Source: Candidatus Omnitrophota bacterium
GTDB taxonomy: Bacteria > Omnitrophota > Gorgyraeia > Zapsychrales > Fredricksoniimonadaceae
Assembly (NCBI GenBank): GCA_028865345.1
Contig: JAGWKL010000001.1
Coordinates: 157,489-221,488, forward strand
Length of the DNA stretch: 64,000 nucleotides
Direction of reading: 5' to 3'
Positions within the stretch are counted from its first letter, which is position 1. The number at the start of each line of letters is the position of its first letter. Below, piece by piece: positions 28,318 through 38,449 of this stretch. The notes under the pieces are model-generated. The model was not told where the DNA came from and did no database searches. It saw only the letters and a list, made by a program, of their open reading frames with translations. A program made the position numbers and the translations under genes.

Positions 28318-28950
28318 TCAGGTTTTTGGGCGGAAGAGAGAGACCCTGTTTTCCTGGCCTTTGACCAGGCGCCTGATGTTGGGACGGTGCCGGAAAACGA
28401 TCAAAATGCACAGGATGATGGCCAGGAGTTTCAAGACAAAAGGCGCTTCAAAAACCACCATCAAAACGGGCAGCGCCACCGCGGCGGTGATCGATGCCAG
28501 GGAAACAAAACCTGAGGCCAGAAATATGACCGCCCATATCAAGGTTGCCAACCCTAAAATGATCCTCAAGCCGGGCAATTGGACGGCCAGTCCGGTCAAA
28601 ACCCCGAGGCTCGTGGCCATGCCTTTGCCGCCTTTGAAGCCCAAAAACACCGTCCAGTTGTGTCCCGCCACTGCGGCCACGGCGATAAGGACCAGGGACA
28701 CCGGATCATTCAAGCCAAAAGCATCGGCCAAAAGAGTGACAGGGATGATCCCCTTGATGATGTCCAGGAGCAAAACCGCCGTCCCCGGCCCTTTGCCCAG
28801 GACCCGGAAGGCATTGGTGGCCCCCATATTACCGGAGCCGTGCTCGCGGATGTCGATTTTCTTAAGCACCCGGCCGAAAATATACGCCACCGGAATAGAA
28901 CCGATCAAATAAGCAAGCACGACATTAACGGCCAGAAATAGCGGATTCAT
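28318..28950 (-). CDS. plsY: glycerol-3-phosphate acyltransferase PlsY
   Basis: MNPLFLAVNVVLAYLIGSIPVAYIFGR... with the GSGNMGATNAFR motif. I take the ATG at 28950 as the start because the longer ORF-track N-terminus overlaps pgsA. The start is uncertain. Confidence 0.8.
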   Translation of the reverse strand: MNPLFLAVNVVLAYLIGSIPVAYIFGRVLKKIDIREHGSGNMGATNAFRVLGKGPGTAVLLLDIIKGIIPVTLLADAFGLNDPVSLVLIAVAAVAGHNWTVFLGFKGGKGMATSLGVLTGLAVQLPGLRIILGLATLIWAVIFLASGFVSLASITAAVALPVLMVVFEAPFVLKLLAIILCILIVFRHRPNIRRLVKGQENRVSLFRPKT

Positions 28951-29494
28951 TGATGGCTTTGATCCCTTCCTTGATATAAACCACGCCGGAAATAAACGTG
29001 ACCACGAGGGCCACATACCAAAACACAAAGGTGAATTTCATCTGCAGCAATACCCCCAATACGCACACGATCTGCAAAAACGCCGTAAGCTTGCCTGCCC
29101 GGTTGGCCTCGATTTCCAGTTTCCCGGTCGTCAACTGGATGATCATCGACCCCAGCAATAATATCACATCGCGGCTGATGATGCCTACGACAAACCATAA
29201 GGGGAAATCGATTTGGGAAAAATATGCCCTTTTGATATACAGGCAGATGAAGGCGCTGATCAAAAGCATCTTGTCCGCCAGGGGGTCAAGAATGGCCCCG
29301 GCCCTGGTTTTCTGCCCGCGGGTCCTGGCGATATAACCGTCGATGATATCGGAGGCGACCGCCAGCAAAAACAGCCCCAGAGCCACCCAGCGCAGGATTG
29401 GATGGCGGGACGAAATATACATGACCGTGGCGATAAAGAAAGGGACGATCAGGATGCGGCCGACGGTCACTTTATTTGCGAACGTTAACGCCAT
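28925..29494 (-). CDS. pgsA: CDP-diacylglycerol--glycerol-3-phosphate 3-phosphatidyltransferase (CDP-alcohol phosphatidyltransferase family)
   Basis: 189 aa with the CDP-OH phosphatidyltransferase signature DIIDGYIARTRGQKTRAGAILDPLADK. Confidence 0.85.
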   Translation of the reverse strand: MALTFANKVTVGRILIVPFFIATVMYISSRHPILRWVALGLFLLAVASDIIDGYIARTRGQKTRAGAILDPLADKMLLISAFICLYIKRAYFSQIDFPLWFVVGIISRDVILLLGSMIIQLTTGKLEIEANRAGKLTAFLQIVCVLGVLLQMKFTFVFWYVALVVTFISGVVYIKEGIKAINESAISGR

Positions 29495-29584
29495 ACTAAA
29501 AACCTTTCGACGAGCGAGAAATAGGGCCTTTTACTAAAAACCTTTCGACGAGCAAGAAATAGGGCCTTTTACTAAAAACCTTTC
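29495..29584. repeat. tandem direct repeat, 2.4 copies of a 38-nt unit, filling the whole intergenic space
   Basis: Units at 29495-29532 and 29533-29570 (ACTAAAAACCTTTCGACGAGC[G/A]AGAAATAGGGCCTTTT, one mismatch) plus a partial third copy at 29571-29584. A related motif CCTTTCGACAAGCAAGAAACAGGG recurs at 32420-32443 upstream of lepA. Confidence 0.8.
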
Positions 29585-29935
29585 TTAATTGACCCATTCC
29601 AGTTTGACCTTATGGTCCGGACACCAGACCATGTCAGGGCTGAAACGCTCTCCGTTCTCGGGGCAATATTTAACCGAATGCTCCGGCGCCAACGCCGTAT
29701 TGATCGAACGCAGGGCCGACCGGGCATCGGGGTTCCTCTCCACTTGTTGCTCCAGGTTTTTCAACTGCGACGCCGATACCGGTTTATTGGTCAACCCCTC
29801 AGTCACCGTCGTTAAAGCTGAAATGGTTTCGGCGCGGGACGGACCAGGTTTCGGTTTGGGCGGGGCTGTCTGACAACCGGATAGGAATATGAGCGCCATG
29901 CCTGTGAATACCTGTATCCGGAAAAATTTCTTCAT
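29585..29935 (-). CDS. hypothetical lipoprotein (116 aa)
   Basis: Signal peptide with lipobox IFLSGC, a Pro/Lys-rich linker, and C-terminal Cys residues (KYCPENGERFSPDMVWCPDH). Its stop overlaps the lepB start. Confidence 0.5.
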   Translation of the reverse strand: MKKFFRIQVFTGMALIFLSGCQTAPPKPKPGPSRAETISALTTVTEGLTNKPVSASQLKNLEQQVERNPDARSALRSINTALAPEHSVKYCPENGERFSPDMVWCPDHKVKLEWVN

Positions 29936-30597
29936 CGTAAAATTCCGATGCGGTTCAAGGGCCAGAAGATGACGTCTGCTTTGCCGATGATGTTCGTTAC
30001 GGGAACAAATCCCCAGTAGCGGCTGTCATAGCTGGAGGCGCTGTTGTCCCCCATTACGTACACATATCCCTTGGGCACGTGAACGACCTCGCCTTCGGCG
30101 CCGTAATCGCCGCGGTTAAAATAATACGTTTTTGTCAGGCGCGGGTCGGTGTCCTTTTTGCCGTTGATGTAAACAAACCCGTTTTTGATCTCGACCGTCT
30201 CGCCGCCGACGGCAATAAGGCGTTTGATGAAATCCTTGGTGGGGTCCATCGGATAAACAAAAACAATGATGTCGCCTGTTTGGGGTTCTCTAAATCCGGG
30301 CAGGCGCATCCTGGTCAAAGGCAACAGGGCCTTGGGCCAGCGGACCGACAACAGCGGCCTGCTTCCCGCCAATCCGATATCCCAAAACATGGGGGGCAGG
30401 ATCTGCGGCCCGTAGGTCCATTTGTCGACGAAAAGATGGTCCCCTACAATAAGGGTGGGGATCATGGACCCGCTGGGGATCTTAAAAGGCTGCAGGATAT
30501 AACTGCGGATCAACACCGCCAGGACGAAGGCAATAAGAATAGACTCCACCCATTCACGCACGGCTGATTTCGGTTTTCGGTTTTTGGGCATATGCAC
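29932..30597 (-). CDS. lepB: signal peptidase I
   Basis: 221 aa with an N-terminal TM, the catalytic Ser box IPSGSMIPTL, and Lys-box and GDN motifs (VMGDNSASSYDSRYWG). Confidence 0.9.
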   Translation of the reverse strand: MHMPKNRKPKSAVREWVESILIAFVLAVLIRSYILQPFKIPSGSMIPTLIVGDHLFVDKWTYGPQILPPMFWDIGLAGSRPLLSVRWPKALLPLTRMRLPGFREPQTGDIIVFVYPMDPTKDFIKRLIAVGGETVEIKNGFVYINGKKDTDPRLTKTYYFNRGDYGAEGEVVHVPKGYVYVMGDNSASSYDSRYWGFVPVTNIIGKADVIFWPLNRIGILR

Positions 30598-30616
30598 CTT
30601 TCCTGAGAAAATGCGG

Positions 30617-32401
30617 TTAAATTTTTAACGCGGCCAGGAACGCCTCCTGGGGCACTTCCACGCGGCCGATCGTCTTGAGCTTCTTCTTGCCTTCCTTCTG
30701 TTTCTCCCATAACTTGCGTTTGCGGGTGATGTCTCCGCCGTAGCATTTGGCCGTGACATTTTTACCTGCCGGTTTGACGCGGGCCGAGGCAATGATCCTG
30801 CCGTCGGCCGCCGCCTGGATGCGCACCTCGAACAATTGCTGGGGAATGAGTTCTTTGAGCTTGGTGACTAAGGCCGACCCTTTTTCATACGCGCGCTCTT
30901 TGTGCACCATACACGAGAATGCATCGCAAGGCTCGTCGTTGATCAGGACCTCCAGGCGCGTGATCGCCGCGGGGGCATAGTCCTTAAACTCATAATCGAT
31001 GGACCCATAGCCGCGGGTGGCGGATTTGATCATGTCATTGAAATCCACGATCACTTCGGAAAGCGGGATATCAAAGGTGATCTTCATGCGGTCACCCACG
31101 AATTCGCTTTTTTGAAACACCCCGCGCTTCCTTTTGGAAAGCTCCATGACCGCGTCCATATAGGTGACCGGCGTAAAGATAGACACGGCCAAAACCGGCT
31201 CCTCCATGCGGGCGATCTCCGATCCGTTGGGCAAATCCGACGGGTTCTCCAGATCCATGGCACAACCGTCGCGCTTGATGACTTTATAACCGACATTGGG
31301 CGTCGTTAAAATCAAATTCAGGTTGTATTCGCGTTCGAGGCGCTCCTGCACGATCTCCATGTGCAGAAGCCCTAAAAAACCGCAGCGAAAACCATAACCG
31401 AAGGACTGCGAATTCTCATGCTCGTAAACAAAACTGGGGTCGGATAAGCGCAATTTATCGATGGCCTCGCGCAGCGGCGCGTAGTCAGAAGCATTCACCG
31501 GGTAAACTCCGCAAAACACCAACGGCTTTAATTGGCGGTAACCTTCCAAAGGCTTAGGCGTCGGCCGCGCCGGCTGGGTGATGGTGTCGCCGACACGCAC
31601 TTCCTTGGGGTCATGCAAATTGCAGGTCATATACCCGACTTCCCCGGCGGAAAGCCCTTTGACCGGTTGGATGCCGGGACCGAAGATGCCTACCTCCTGC
31701 ACGTCAAATTCTCTTGCCACGTTCATGAAACGGATGCGCGCGCCCGGGGTGATCGAACCTTCAAACACACGGATATAAATGATGATGCCCTTGTAAATAT
31801 CGTACTTCATGTCAAAGATAAGGGCCTTCAGGGGCGCCTGAGGGTCGCCTTCCGGCGGCGGGATGAATTCCACGATTTTCTCAAAAAGTCCGTCGATGTT
31901 CAGTCCCTCCTTGGCGGAAACCAATTGGATGTCCTGGGCCTTGAACTTGAGGATTTCGGTAAACTGCCGCCTGGCCTCATCGATGTCGGCGTTGGCGATA
32001 TCGATCTTGTTGATGACCGGCAGGATCTCCAGGTTATTGTCGATGGCCAGATAATAATTGGCGATGGTCTGCGATTCCACCCCCTGGGTCACATCGACCA
32101 ACAAGAGCGCCCCCTCACAGGCGCGCAGGGACTTTTCCACCTCGTATGAAAAATCCACGTGGCCGGGCGTGTCGATCAGGTTAAAGATGTAGTCCTGGCC
32201 GTCTTTGGCCTTATAATTCAGGCGGACCGCCGAGGCCTTGATGGTGATCCCGCGTTCGCGCTCCAGGTCCATGTCGTCCAGCATTTGGTTATGGAACTTG
32301 CGCTCGTCGATGGCGCCGGCAAACAACAAGAACCTGTCCGCCAGGGTGGACTTGCCGTGATCGATATGGGCAATTATAGAGAAATTCCTGATATTTTTCA
32401 T
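30617..32401 (-). CDS. lepA: translation elongation factor 4 (LepA)
   Basis: 594 aa. The GTPase G1 motif is AHIDHGKST. DTPGHVDF and NKID are present. The LepA-specific C-terminal domain ends ...GRVEVPQEAFLAALKI. Confidence 0.95.
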   Translation of the reverse strand: MKNIRNFSIIAHIDHGKSTLADRFLLFAGAIDERKFHNQMLDDMDLERERGITIKASAVRLNYKAKDGQDYIFNLIDTPGHVDFSYEVEKSLRACEGALLLVDVTQGVESQTIANYYLAIDNNLEILPVINKIDIANADIDEARRQFTEILKFKAQDIQLVSAKEGLNIDGLFEKIVEFIPPPEGDPQAPLKALIFDMKYDIYKGIIIYIRVFEGSITPGARIRFMNVAREFDVQEVGIFGPGIQPVKGLSAGEVGYMTCNLHDPKEVRVGDTITQPARPTPKPLEGYRQLKPLVFCGVYPVNASDYAPLREAIDKLRLSDPSFVYEHENSQSFGYGFRCGFLGLLHMEIVQERLEREYNLNLILTTPNVGYKVIKRDGCAMDLENPSDLPNGSEIARMEEPVLAVSIFTPVTYMDAVMELSKRKRGVFQKSEFVGDRMKITFDIPLSEVIVDFNDMIKSATRGYGSIDYEFKDYAPAAITRLEVLINDEPCDAFSCMVHKERAYEKGSALVTKLKELIPQQLFEVRIQAAADGRIIASARVKPAGKNVTAKCYGGDITRKRKLWEKQKEGKKKLKTIGRVEVPQEAFLAALKI

Positions 32402-32742
32402 ACGTTCGCTTTAAAGCACCCTTTCGACAAGCAAGAAACAGGGAATATTGATGGAAAAATTGCGGATATTCTTCATTGGTCATTCCAGGATTCGCGGCGG
32501 GTCCTGGCTCGGCCCTGACGTTTCGCTGCTCCTTAGGCGGGTTCGGTGCCAATAGCCATATAGAACCGGGGGTTCCCTGGTTCGCCGCCTTGTGCAGGTA
32601 CCGTGCGCTGCGAAACATCAATGCCTCGCCACCCGACGAATAAAATAGTCATAAAAAATAAATTTATCTTTGAAATCCATGCGTTGAGACGAAGCAGCTA
32701 TTCATCGTCACGCGCGAACAAAAAGAACAAATTCCTATCGTC

Positions 32743-33414
32743 TTACAATTGGATCAATCGCATGATCTTGTCAACGGTACCTTCGACCGTCAGGCCGGTC
32801 GAATCAACGGTGACGGCGTCGGGCGCTTTTTTCAGGGGGCCGACGGCGCGGTTGAAATCCTTGTGGTCGCGTTCCTTCATGTCCACGCGCAACTGGTCCA
32901 AATCGACGTCCTTGCCGGCCGCGACAAGCTCCCGCCAGCGGCGCTGCACGCGCTCTTCCACATCCGCGTCCACATAAAATTTATAACGGGCATCCGTAAA
33001 AACCACCGTGCCCTGGTCGCGCCCGTCGGTGACTACCGAACGCGCCAGACCTATGGCCCTCTGCCAGGTCACCATCAGGCTCCTTACTCCCGGGGTCTTA
33101 GCGGCATAATGGGTATTGTTGGTCACCTCCACCTCGCGGATCTGTTTGGAAACATCCTCGCCGTCCAAGGTGACATTCAATGAGCCGTCGGGCATTTCTT
33201 TAAAATCAATTTTGGTATTGCGGGCCAGGGCCGTCAGGGCTTCCTCGTCGGAAAGGTCCATTTTCAGGCGCAGGGCCTTGACGGTCAGCGCCCGGTACAT
33301 GGCCCCGGTATCAAGATAGGAAATGCCCAACCGCCTGGCCAGGGCCTTGGCCACGGTACTTTTGCCCGCACCGGCGGGACCGTCTAAGGTGATTACGAGA
33401 TGTTGTGCCGGCAT
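32743..33414 (-). CDS. cmk: cytidylate kinase
   Basis: 223 aa with the P-loop ITLDGPAGAGKSTVAKALARRLGISYLDTGAMYR, which is typical of Cmk. Confidence 0.9.
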   Translation of the reverse strand: MPAQHLVITLDGPAGAGKSTVAKALARRLGISYLDTGAMYRALTVKALRLKMDLSDEEALTALARNTKIDFKEMPDGSLNVTLDGEDVSKQIREVEVTNNTHYAAKTPGVRSLMVTWQRAIGLARSVVTDGRDQGTVVFTDARYKFYVDADVEERVQRRWRELVAAGKDVDLDQLRVDMKERDHKDFNRAVGPLKKAPDAVTVDSTGLTVEGTVDKIMRLIQL

Positions 33415-33417
33415 AAT

Positions 33418-34272
33418 TTAACCCAAACGTCTGCGTTTCTCCTTGGCTGTTTTAAAAATGTCCGTCAGCGCCTCAGCGTCACGACCCACGATGGCCTTGC
33501 GCATGGAGGCCAGGACCTTGACCGCCTCATCCAGCGCTCTCAGCACCGGTTTATGGTTGGTCAATGCAATGTCCCGCCATACCACGGGGTCCGAAGCGGC
33601 AATTCTGGTGGCATCTTTAAGTCCTTGAGGGGCACAGTCTAAAAAATTGTCCGGGATGGCCTTCATGAGGGCAAAGGCCATCAAATGCGGCAGATGGCTG
33701 ACATGGGCAAGGACTTGGTCGTGTTCCTCAGGACTCATGATTTTGACCGAAGAGCCCAATTGCGTCCAGAACTGCTTGACCTTCTCGCGGGCCAAGCGAT
33801 TGGTCCTTTCGGTCGGGGTCATTACGCACACGCCCCCTTCATAAAGCTGGGCATTGGCGGCCCCGGGCCCTCTCTTCTCGGAGCCGACCAAGGGGTGGGA
33901 CCCCACAAAAAGCAGCGAATGCGGCAATACTTTTTCCGCACGCTCGACAACGGCGCTCTTGGTCGATCCCAAATCCGTGATGATGCAACCGCGCCGGTGT
34001 TCATGCCCCAAAGTTTCGATCAAATCCAGGATCGTATTGACGGGAGTGGCCAAAACAATCAGGTCCGCGCCGACCGTCCCTTTATTGAAATCCAGGCTCC
34101 CCTCATCAATGGCCCCTAAAGCCTTGGCCTCTTTGAGTGACGCCTCCTGCCTGCCGATACCGACGACCTCGCGGGCCAGGCCTTTCTTTTTGACGGCAAG
34201 CCCCAGGGAAGCGCCCATCAGCCCCACCCCCACGATCGCCACTTTTCTAAAAAGCTCTTTGCGGTTAAACAT
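33418..34272 (-). CDS. tyrA: prephenate (arogenate) dehydrogenase
   Basis: Rossmann motif VAIVGVGLMGASLGLA with a TyrA-family core. I take the start at MFNRKEL, where an AAGGA SD lies 7 nt upstream; the longer ORF-track start overlaps aroF. Confidence 0.85.
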   Translation of the reverse strand: MFNRKELFRKVAIVGVGLMGASLGLAVKKKGLAREVVGIGRQEASLKEAKALGAIDEGSLDFNKGTVGADLIVLATPVNTILDLIETLGHEHRRGCIITDLGSTKSAVVERAEKVLPHSLLFVGSHPLVGSEKRGPGAANAQLYEGGVCVMTPTERTNRLAREKVKQFWTQLGSSVKIMSPEEHDQVLAHVSHLPHLMAFALMKAIPDNFLDCAPQGLKDATRIAASDPVVWRDIALTNHKPVLRALDEAVKVLASMRKAIVGRDAEALTDIFKTAKEKRRRLG

Positions 34273-34282
34273 AATTTTGTCC

Positions 34283-35299
34283 TTAAATATCCCGGTCCAC
34301 GGCCTTGGCCACACGCTTGGCAGAAGCCATCAGTTCCTGGAATTTGTCCGGCATGAGCGATTGCGCACCGTCGGACAGAGCCTCTTCAGGGTTATCATGC
34401 ACTTCGACCATCAGGGCATCGCAACCGGCGGCGACACCGGCGCGGGCGCCGGCAGCCACATACTCCCACGATCCTGTGCCATGGCTGGGATCGACCACCA
34501 CCGGCAAGTGGGACAGGCGTTTGGCCACGGCGACCGCGTTGATGTCCAGCGTATTACGGGTGGCGGTCTCAAAGGTGCGGATGCCGCGCTCGCAAAGCAT
34601 GACATCGAAGTTGCCGTTGGCCAAAAGATACTCGGCGGACATGAGCCACTCCTTGACGGTGGCGCTCATCCCACGCTTGAGCATCACGGGTTTTTTGGTG
34701 CTGCCCACCTCTTTGAGCAAAGAAAAGTTCTGCATGTTGCGCGCGCCTATCTGCAATATGTCGACGTATTTAGCGACCAGCTCCACCTGCCGGGTGTCCA
34801 TGACTTCAGAAATCGTGCAAATGCCCACCTCCTTGCCCACGGCCTGAAGGATCTTCAGACCTTCCTCGCCCAGGCCCTGGAAATCATAAGGGGACGTACG
34901 CGGCTTAAAAGCCCCTCCGCGCAAAATATCGGCGCCCAGGACCTTGACGAGTTTGGCAATGGCGGCCATCCCTTTATAATTTTCGATCGAGCAGGGTCCG
35001 GCCATCACCGCGATCTTTTTGCCACCGACGGTGACATTGTACGGCAATTTAATGACCGTATTTTCACTTTTAAATTCGCGGGACACCAGTTTGTAAGGAG
35101 CAAGAACCTGCAAGACCTGGTCCACACCGGGAAAAACCTCCAGGGGAATGACCCGCAAAGCGTCTTCCGGCCCGATAAATCCGATCACCGTCCGCTCCAC
35201 CCCGCGTGAGATATTGGCCTTCAGGCCCAGCTTGCCGGCGCGCTCGATGATATGTTGAACATTGGCCTCGGTGGCATCCGGGCGCAGAATGACGATCAT
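34283..35299 (-). CDS. aroF: 3-deoxy-7-phosphoheptulonate (DAHP) synthase, type I-beta with N-terminal regulatory domain
   Basis: 338 aa. An N-terminal ACT/FL-like domain ([21 protein letters not shown]...) is followed by a KDO8P/DAHP-synthase TIM barrel ([20 protein letters not shown]). Confidence 0.9.
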   Translation of the reverse strand: MIVILRPDATEANVQHIIERAGKLGLKANISRGVERTVIGFIGPEDALRVIPLEVFPGVDQVLQVLAPYKLVSREFKSENTVIKLPYNVTVGGKKIAVMAGPCSIENYKGMAAIAKLVKVLGADILRGGAFKPRTSPYDFQGLGEEGLKILQAVGKEVGICTISEVMDTRQVELVAKYVDILQIGARNMQNFSLLKEVGSTKKPVMLKRGMSATVKEWLMSAEYLLANGNFDVMLCERGIRTFETATRNTLDINAVAVAKRLSHLPVVVDPSHGTGSWEYVAAGARAGVAAGCDALMVEVHDNPEEALSDGAQSLMPDKFQELMASAKRVAKAVDRDI

Positions 35300-36378
35300 A
35301 ATATTTCTCCCAGTGTTTTGATAAAACGCTTGTTTTCCGCGGGCGTGCCGATGGAGGTGCGTATGTAGCCTTTCAGCCCCCAGACGGCCATGTCGCGGAC
35401 AATGACGCCCTTGTTAAGCAAAGCATCGGCTATGACGCTGCTGTCGGCCCCTGCCCGGACCAGGATAAAATTGGTAAAACTTTCTTCAAAAGCGATGTTC
35501 ATGGCCTTCAGGCTCCGGTAAAGGTAAAGCCGTTGAGCGTGAATCTCCTGGGCGATCTTACGGTAATACGGCTCGTCGGCAAGGACCGCCGCGGCCGCAG
35601 CCTGGGCCATGCTGTTGACGTTAAACGGTTCCCGCAGGCGGTTTAAAATATCAATGATGTCCCGACGGGCTATCCCGTAACCGATGCGCAACCCCGCCAA
35701 ACCGTACATTTTGGAAAAAGTGCGGGCCACCATCAGGTTGGGATATTTTTTCATTAACCCTAACGTATCCGGATAGTCGTCGGCGTGCACGTATTCAAAA
35801 TAAGCCTCGTCGAAAAATACCAAAATATTTTTGGGCACCGAGCGCAGGAAGTCCTCTGCCTGACGCTGAGTGATATACGTCCCGGCCGGATTGTCGGGAT
35901 TGCCGATAAAGATGATCCTGGTGCGGCCGTTGACTTTTGCCCTCATGGCTTGGAGGTCATAGCGGAAGCTTTGAAGCGGCACTTGATGCAGCCTTGCGCC
36001 GGAAAGGATGGATGCGATCTCATAGACCAAAAACGAGGGCTTGGCGATAATGACCTCACCGCCTTTGGCCGCAAAAGCCCTGACCGCCAAACAAATAATC
36101 TCATCCGAACCGTTGCCGAAAAGCAACTGGTCATCATCGACATTAAACTTCCTGGCCAGGCCGCGTCGCAATATAAAACACCCTCCGTCCGGATAACGGT
36201 TGACTTCGCGGGCAGCACGGGCCATTGCCGCCAAAACCTTTGGGGAAGGCGGATAGGGATTCTCATTGGAAGCGAGCTTGATGACGCTTTTAAGGCCAAG
36301 CTCGCGCCTGACCTCATCAATGGGTTTTCCAGGGACATACGGTTTAGTCTTAAAAATATATGGGTTTGCCGCCTGCAT
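35296..36378 (-). CDS. hisC: histidinol-phosphate / aromatic aminotransferase (class II)
   Basis: 360 aa with [14 protein letters not shown], the PLP-Lys region [15 protein letters not shown], and HisC-family length. Confidence 0.9.
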   Translation of the reverse strand: MQAANPYIFKTKPYVPGKPIDEVRRELGLKSVIKLASNENPYPPSPKVLAAMARAAREVNRYPDGGCFILRRGLARKFNVDDDQLLFGNGSDEIICLAVRAFAAKGGEVIIAKPSFLVYEIASILSGARLHQVPLQSFRYDLQAMRAKVNGRTRIIFIGNPDNPAGTYITQRQAEDFLRSVPKNILVFFDEAYFEYVHADDYPDTLGLMKKYPNLMVARTFSKMYGLAGLRIGYGIARRDIIDILNRLREPFNVNSMAQAAAAAVLADEPYYRKIAQEIHAQRLYLYRSLKAMNIAFEESFTNFILVRAGADSSVIADALLNKGVIVRDMAVWGLKGYIRTSIGTPAENKRFIKTLGEIL

Positions 36379-36506
36379 CTTCTTGGGCCTTCTTTTAAGT
36401 TAAAACAAGACAGAGCATTATAAAGGCATCAAAAGAGGCTGTCAACCCTTGCCGAAGGACTTAACCGTCTTTTAATATTCTCTTAATTGTATCGGAGTAT
36501 AAGTAT

Positions 36507-37568
36507 GTGTTACACTTACTCTATATGGACTATACAAAGGTTATTCCTCTTCTTAACAAGGCCATCGAATGCCGTGCCACTGATATCCATCTGGTGGTGG
36601 AAAGGCCCCCGGTCTTCAGGATCAACGGAAGCTTAAGCGCGTCTGATCTGCCGCCCTTAAAATCCGAAGACATCCAAAATCTGTTGTTCGATATGATGAC
36701 CGAGGCCCAGCGTAAAACTTTTATGGAAATTCAGGACATCGATCTTTCGTATATCGGCATTAAGAATTTTAATTTCCGCGTGAACGGCCACTTTGAAAAA
36801 GGCCGCCCCGCGGCCAACATCCGCATCCTGCCGACAGTCATCCCAACAGCCGAGCAATTAGGCCTGCCGGCCATCGTCGAAAGACTGGCGCATAAACGTA
36901 AAGGGTTTATCATCATCTGCGGGTCGGCCGGCAGCGGAAAAACCACGACCATGAATTATATGGTGGATTGTATCAACCGGGCCAGGCCTTTTAAGATCGT
37001 GATGATCGAGGACCCCATTGAACACGTGCATGAGTCCCGCAAGAGCCTGATCATCCAGCGCGAGGTCGGCACCAACACCCGGTCTTTTGCCAGCGCGCTC
37101 AAGCATGCCCTGCGCCAGGACCCGGATGTCGTGGTGGTGGGTGAGATCCGTGATGCCGAGTCCATTTCCATGGCGTTGACCACGGCGGAAACCGGACACC
37201 TGGTATTGACCACCCTGCACGCGCCGGACACCGTAGAATCCATCAACCGTATCCTGGATGTCTACCCGCCGGGCAAGCAGGACCAGATCCGCTCCCAACT
37301 GGCTGAAAACCTTACCGCCGTTATCGGCCAAATCTTGATCCCGCTCCCCGGGAAGGAAGGGAGGATTTTAGCCACGGAGGTCCTTGTCCCCACCCTTTCC
37401 ATACGCAATATCATCCGCCGGGGGGCATTGCTCGAGATCCGCGGGCAGATGGCGACGGCGGACGAAGGCATGTACACCTTCGAACAATGCCTGTCGCAAA
37501 TGATAAAAACCGGCATCATCACCAAGGAATACGCCAAAGAATTCAGCAAATTCCCTAATTATTTGTAA
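36507..37568 (+). CDS. pilT: type IV pilus retraction ATPase PilT
   Basis: Walker A GSAGSGKTT, Asp/His boxes, and the PilT-specific AIRNLIREG-like motif (SIRNIIRRGALLEIRGQM). The start may be the downstream MDYTKV ATG at 36525. Confidence 0.9.
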   Translation: MLHLLYMDYTKVIPLLNKAIECRATDIHLVVERPPVFRINGSLSASDLPPLKSEDIQNLLFDMMTEAQRKTFMEIQDIDLSYIGIKNFNFRVNGHFEKGRPAANIRILPTVIPTAEQLGLPAIVERLAHKRKGFIIICGSAGSGKTTTMNYMVDCINRARPFKIVMIEDPIEHVHESRKSLIIQREVGTNTRSFASALKHALRQDPDVVVVGEIRDAESISMALTTAETGHLVLTTLHAPDTVESINRILDVYPPGKQDQIRSQLAENLTAVIGQILIPLPGKEGRILATEVLVPTLSIRNIIRRGALLEIRGQMATADEGMYTFEQCLSQMIKTGIITKEYAKEFSKFPNYL

Positions 37569-37574
37569 CCCCTA

Positions 37575-38447
37575 TCAAACTTTCAAAATAAGAGGATTAA
37601 AGGCCTTGGCCGCCACGATCACCCTGCTGCCGACGGCCAGACCGGAAATTTCTTCATCACCGGCCACGACCTTGGTCAAGTGGTTGCCGACGCACAAAGT
37701 CAGAATATTGACGACCCCGTCCCTTTGGATGTCAATAATCTGTCCCGTGAACCTGAATTTCCCGCTGAGTTCGCGGTTTATGAAAACATCCTGGGGAGAG
37801 CCGCTTGCGGTGATCCTGCCCTGTTCAATGACAAAGATTTTTTGCGACATTTTGAACACTTCCGACAGATCATGACTCACCAGGATGGTCGTGATCCCGG
37901 TTTTCCGCCAGGCCTTGATGATTTCATCCTGCACATCTAAACGCGCATGAAGATCCAGGCCCGACAAAGGCTCATCCAAAAGCATCATCTTAGGCTTGCT
38001 TAACAAGGCCCGGGCCAGGGCCACCCGCCGCTTTTGTCCGCCGGACAGTTGGCTTGGCTTGCGGTCTTCCATGCCTTTTAGGCCCATGACGGCCGTCCAC
38101 TCATAGATCATGTCGTGGTCTGCTTTATCGCCGCAGGCATACTCCAAATTCCGACGCACCGTCATGTGGGGAAAAAGACCGTCGTCCTGAAAAACGAAGC
38201 CCGTTCTTCTCTGCTGGACGGGAAGGTCGATCTTCCGGCGGCTGTCGAACCAGATTTCACCGTCGACCTCTATATACCCCTCCTGCGGCCGGGTCAATCC
38301 TGCCAGCATCCGCAGGAGTGTGGTCTTGCCGGCTGCGGATTTGCCGAAAAGGGCTACAAACTCGCCCCTGTCGATGTTCAAATCCACATCGATCCATTCC
38401 TGTCCTTGCGGCGTATGCATCCGCCTTTTTAAACGCAGCCTGATCAT
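37575..38447 (-). CDS. modC: molybdate ABC transporter ATP-binding protein with C-terminal TOBE/Mop domain
   Basis: ABC motifs GKSAAGKTT, LSGGQKRRVALARAL and LLDEP, plus a C-terminal molybdate-binding TOBE domain. Confidence 0.85.
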   Translation of the reverse strand: MIRLRLKRRMHTPQGQEWIDVDLNIDRGEFVALFGKSAAGKTTLLRMLAGLTRPQEGYIEVDGEIWFDSRRKIDLPVQQRRTGFVFQDDGLFPHMTVRRNLEYACGDKADHDMIYEWTAVMGLKGMEDRKPSQLSGGQKRRVALARALLSKPKMMLLDEPLSGLDLHARLDVQDEIIKAWRKTGITTILVSHDLSEVFKMSQKIFVIEQGRITASGSPQDVFINRELSGKFRFTGQIIDIQRDGVVNILTLCVGNHLTKVVAGDEEISGLAVGSRVIVAAKAFNPLILKV

Positions 38448-38449
38448 GG

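Noticed and set aside
28166-28912. 248-aa plus-strand ORF opposite plsY
   Set aside because: It is antisense to PlsY, which has clear family motifs. The product is rich in K/R/P/T with no domain features.
32289-32621. 110-aa minus-strand ORF overlapping the lepA start
   Set aside because: It overlaps lepA in another frame. The product is Arg/Pro-rich with no features, so the region is more likely non-coding leader or RNA.
33854-35209. 451-aa plus-strand ORF across tyrA/aroF
   Set aside because: It is antisense to two well-supported minus-strand genes (DAHP synthase, prephenate dehydrogenase). The translation is low-complexity and Arg/Pro/Ser-rich, typical of GC-rich antisense frames.
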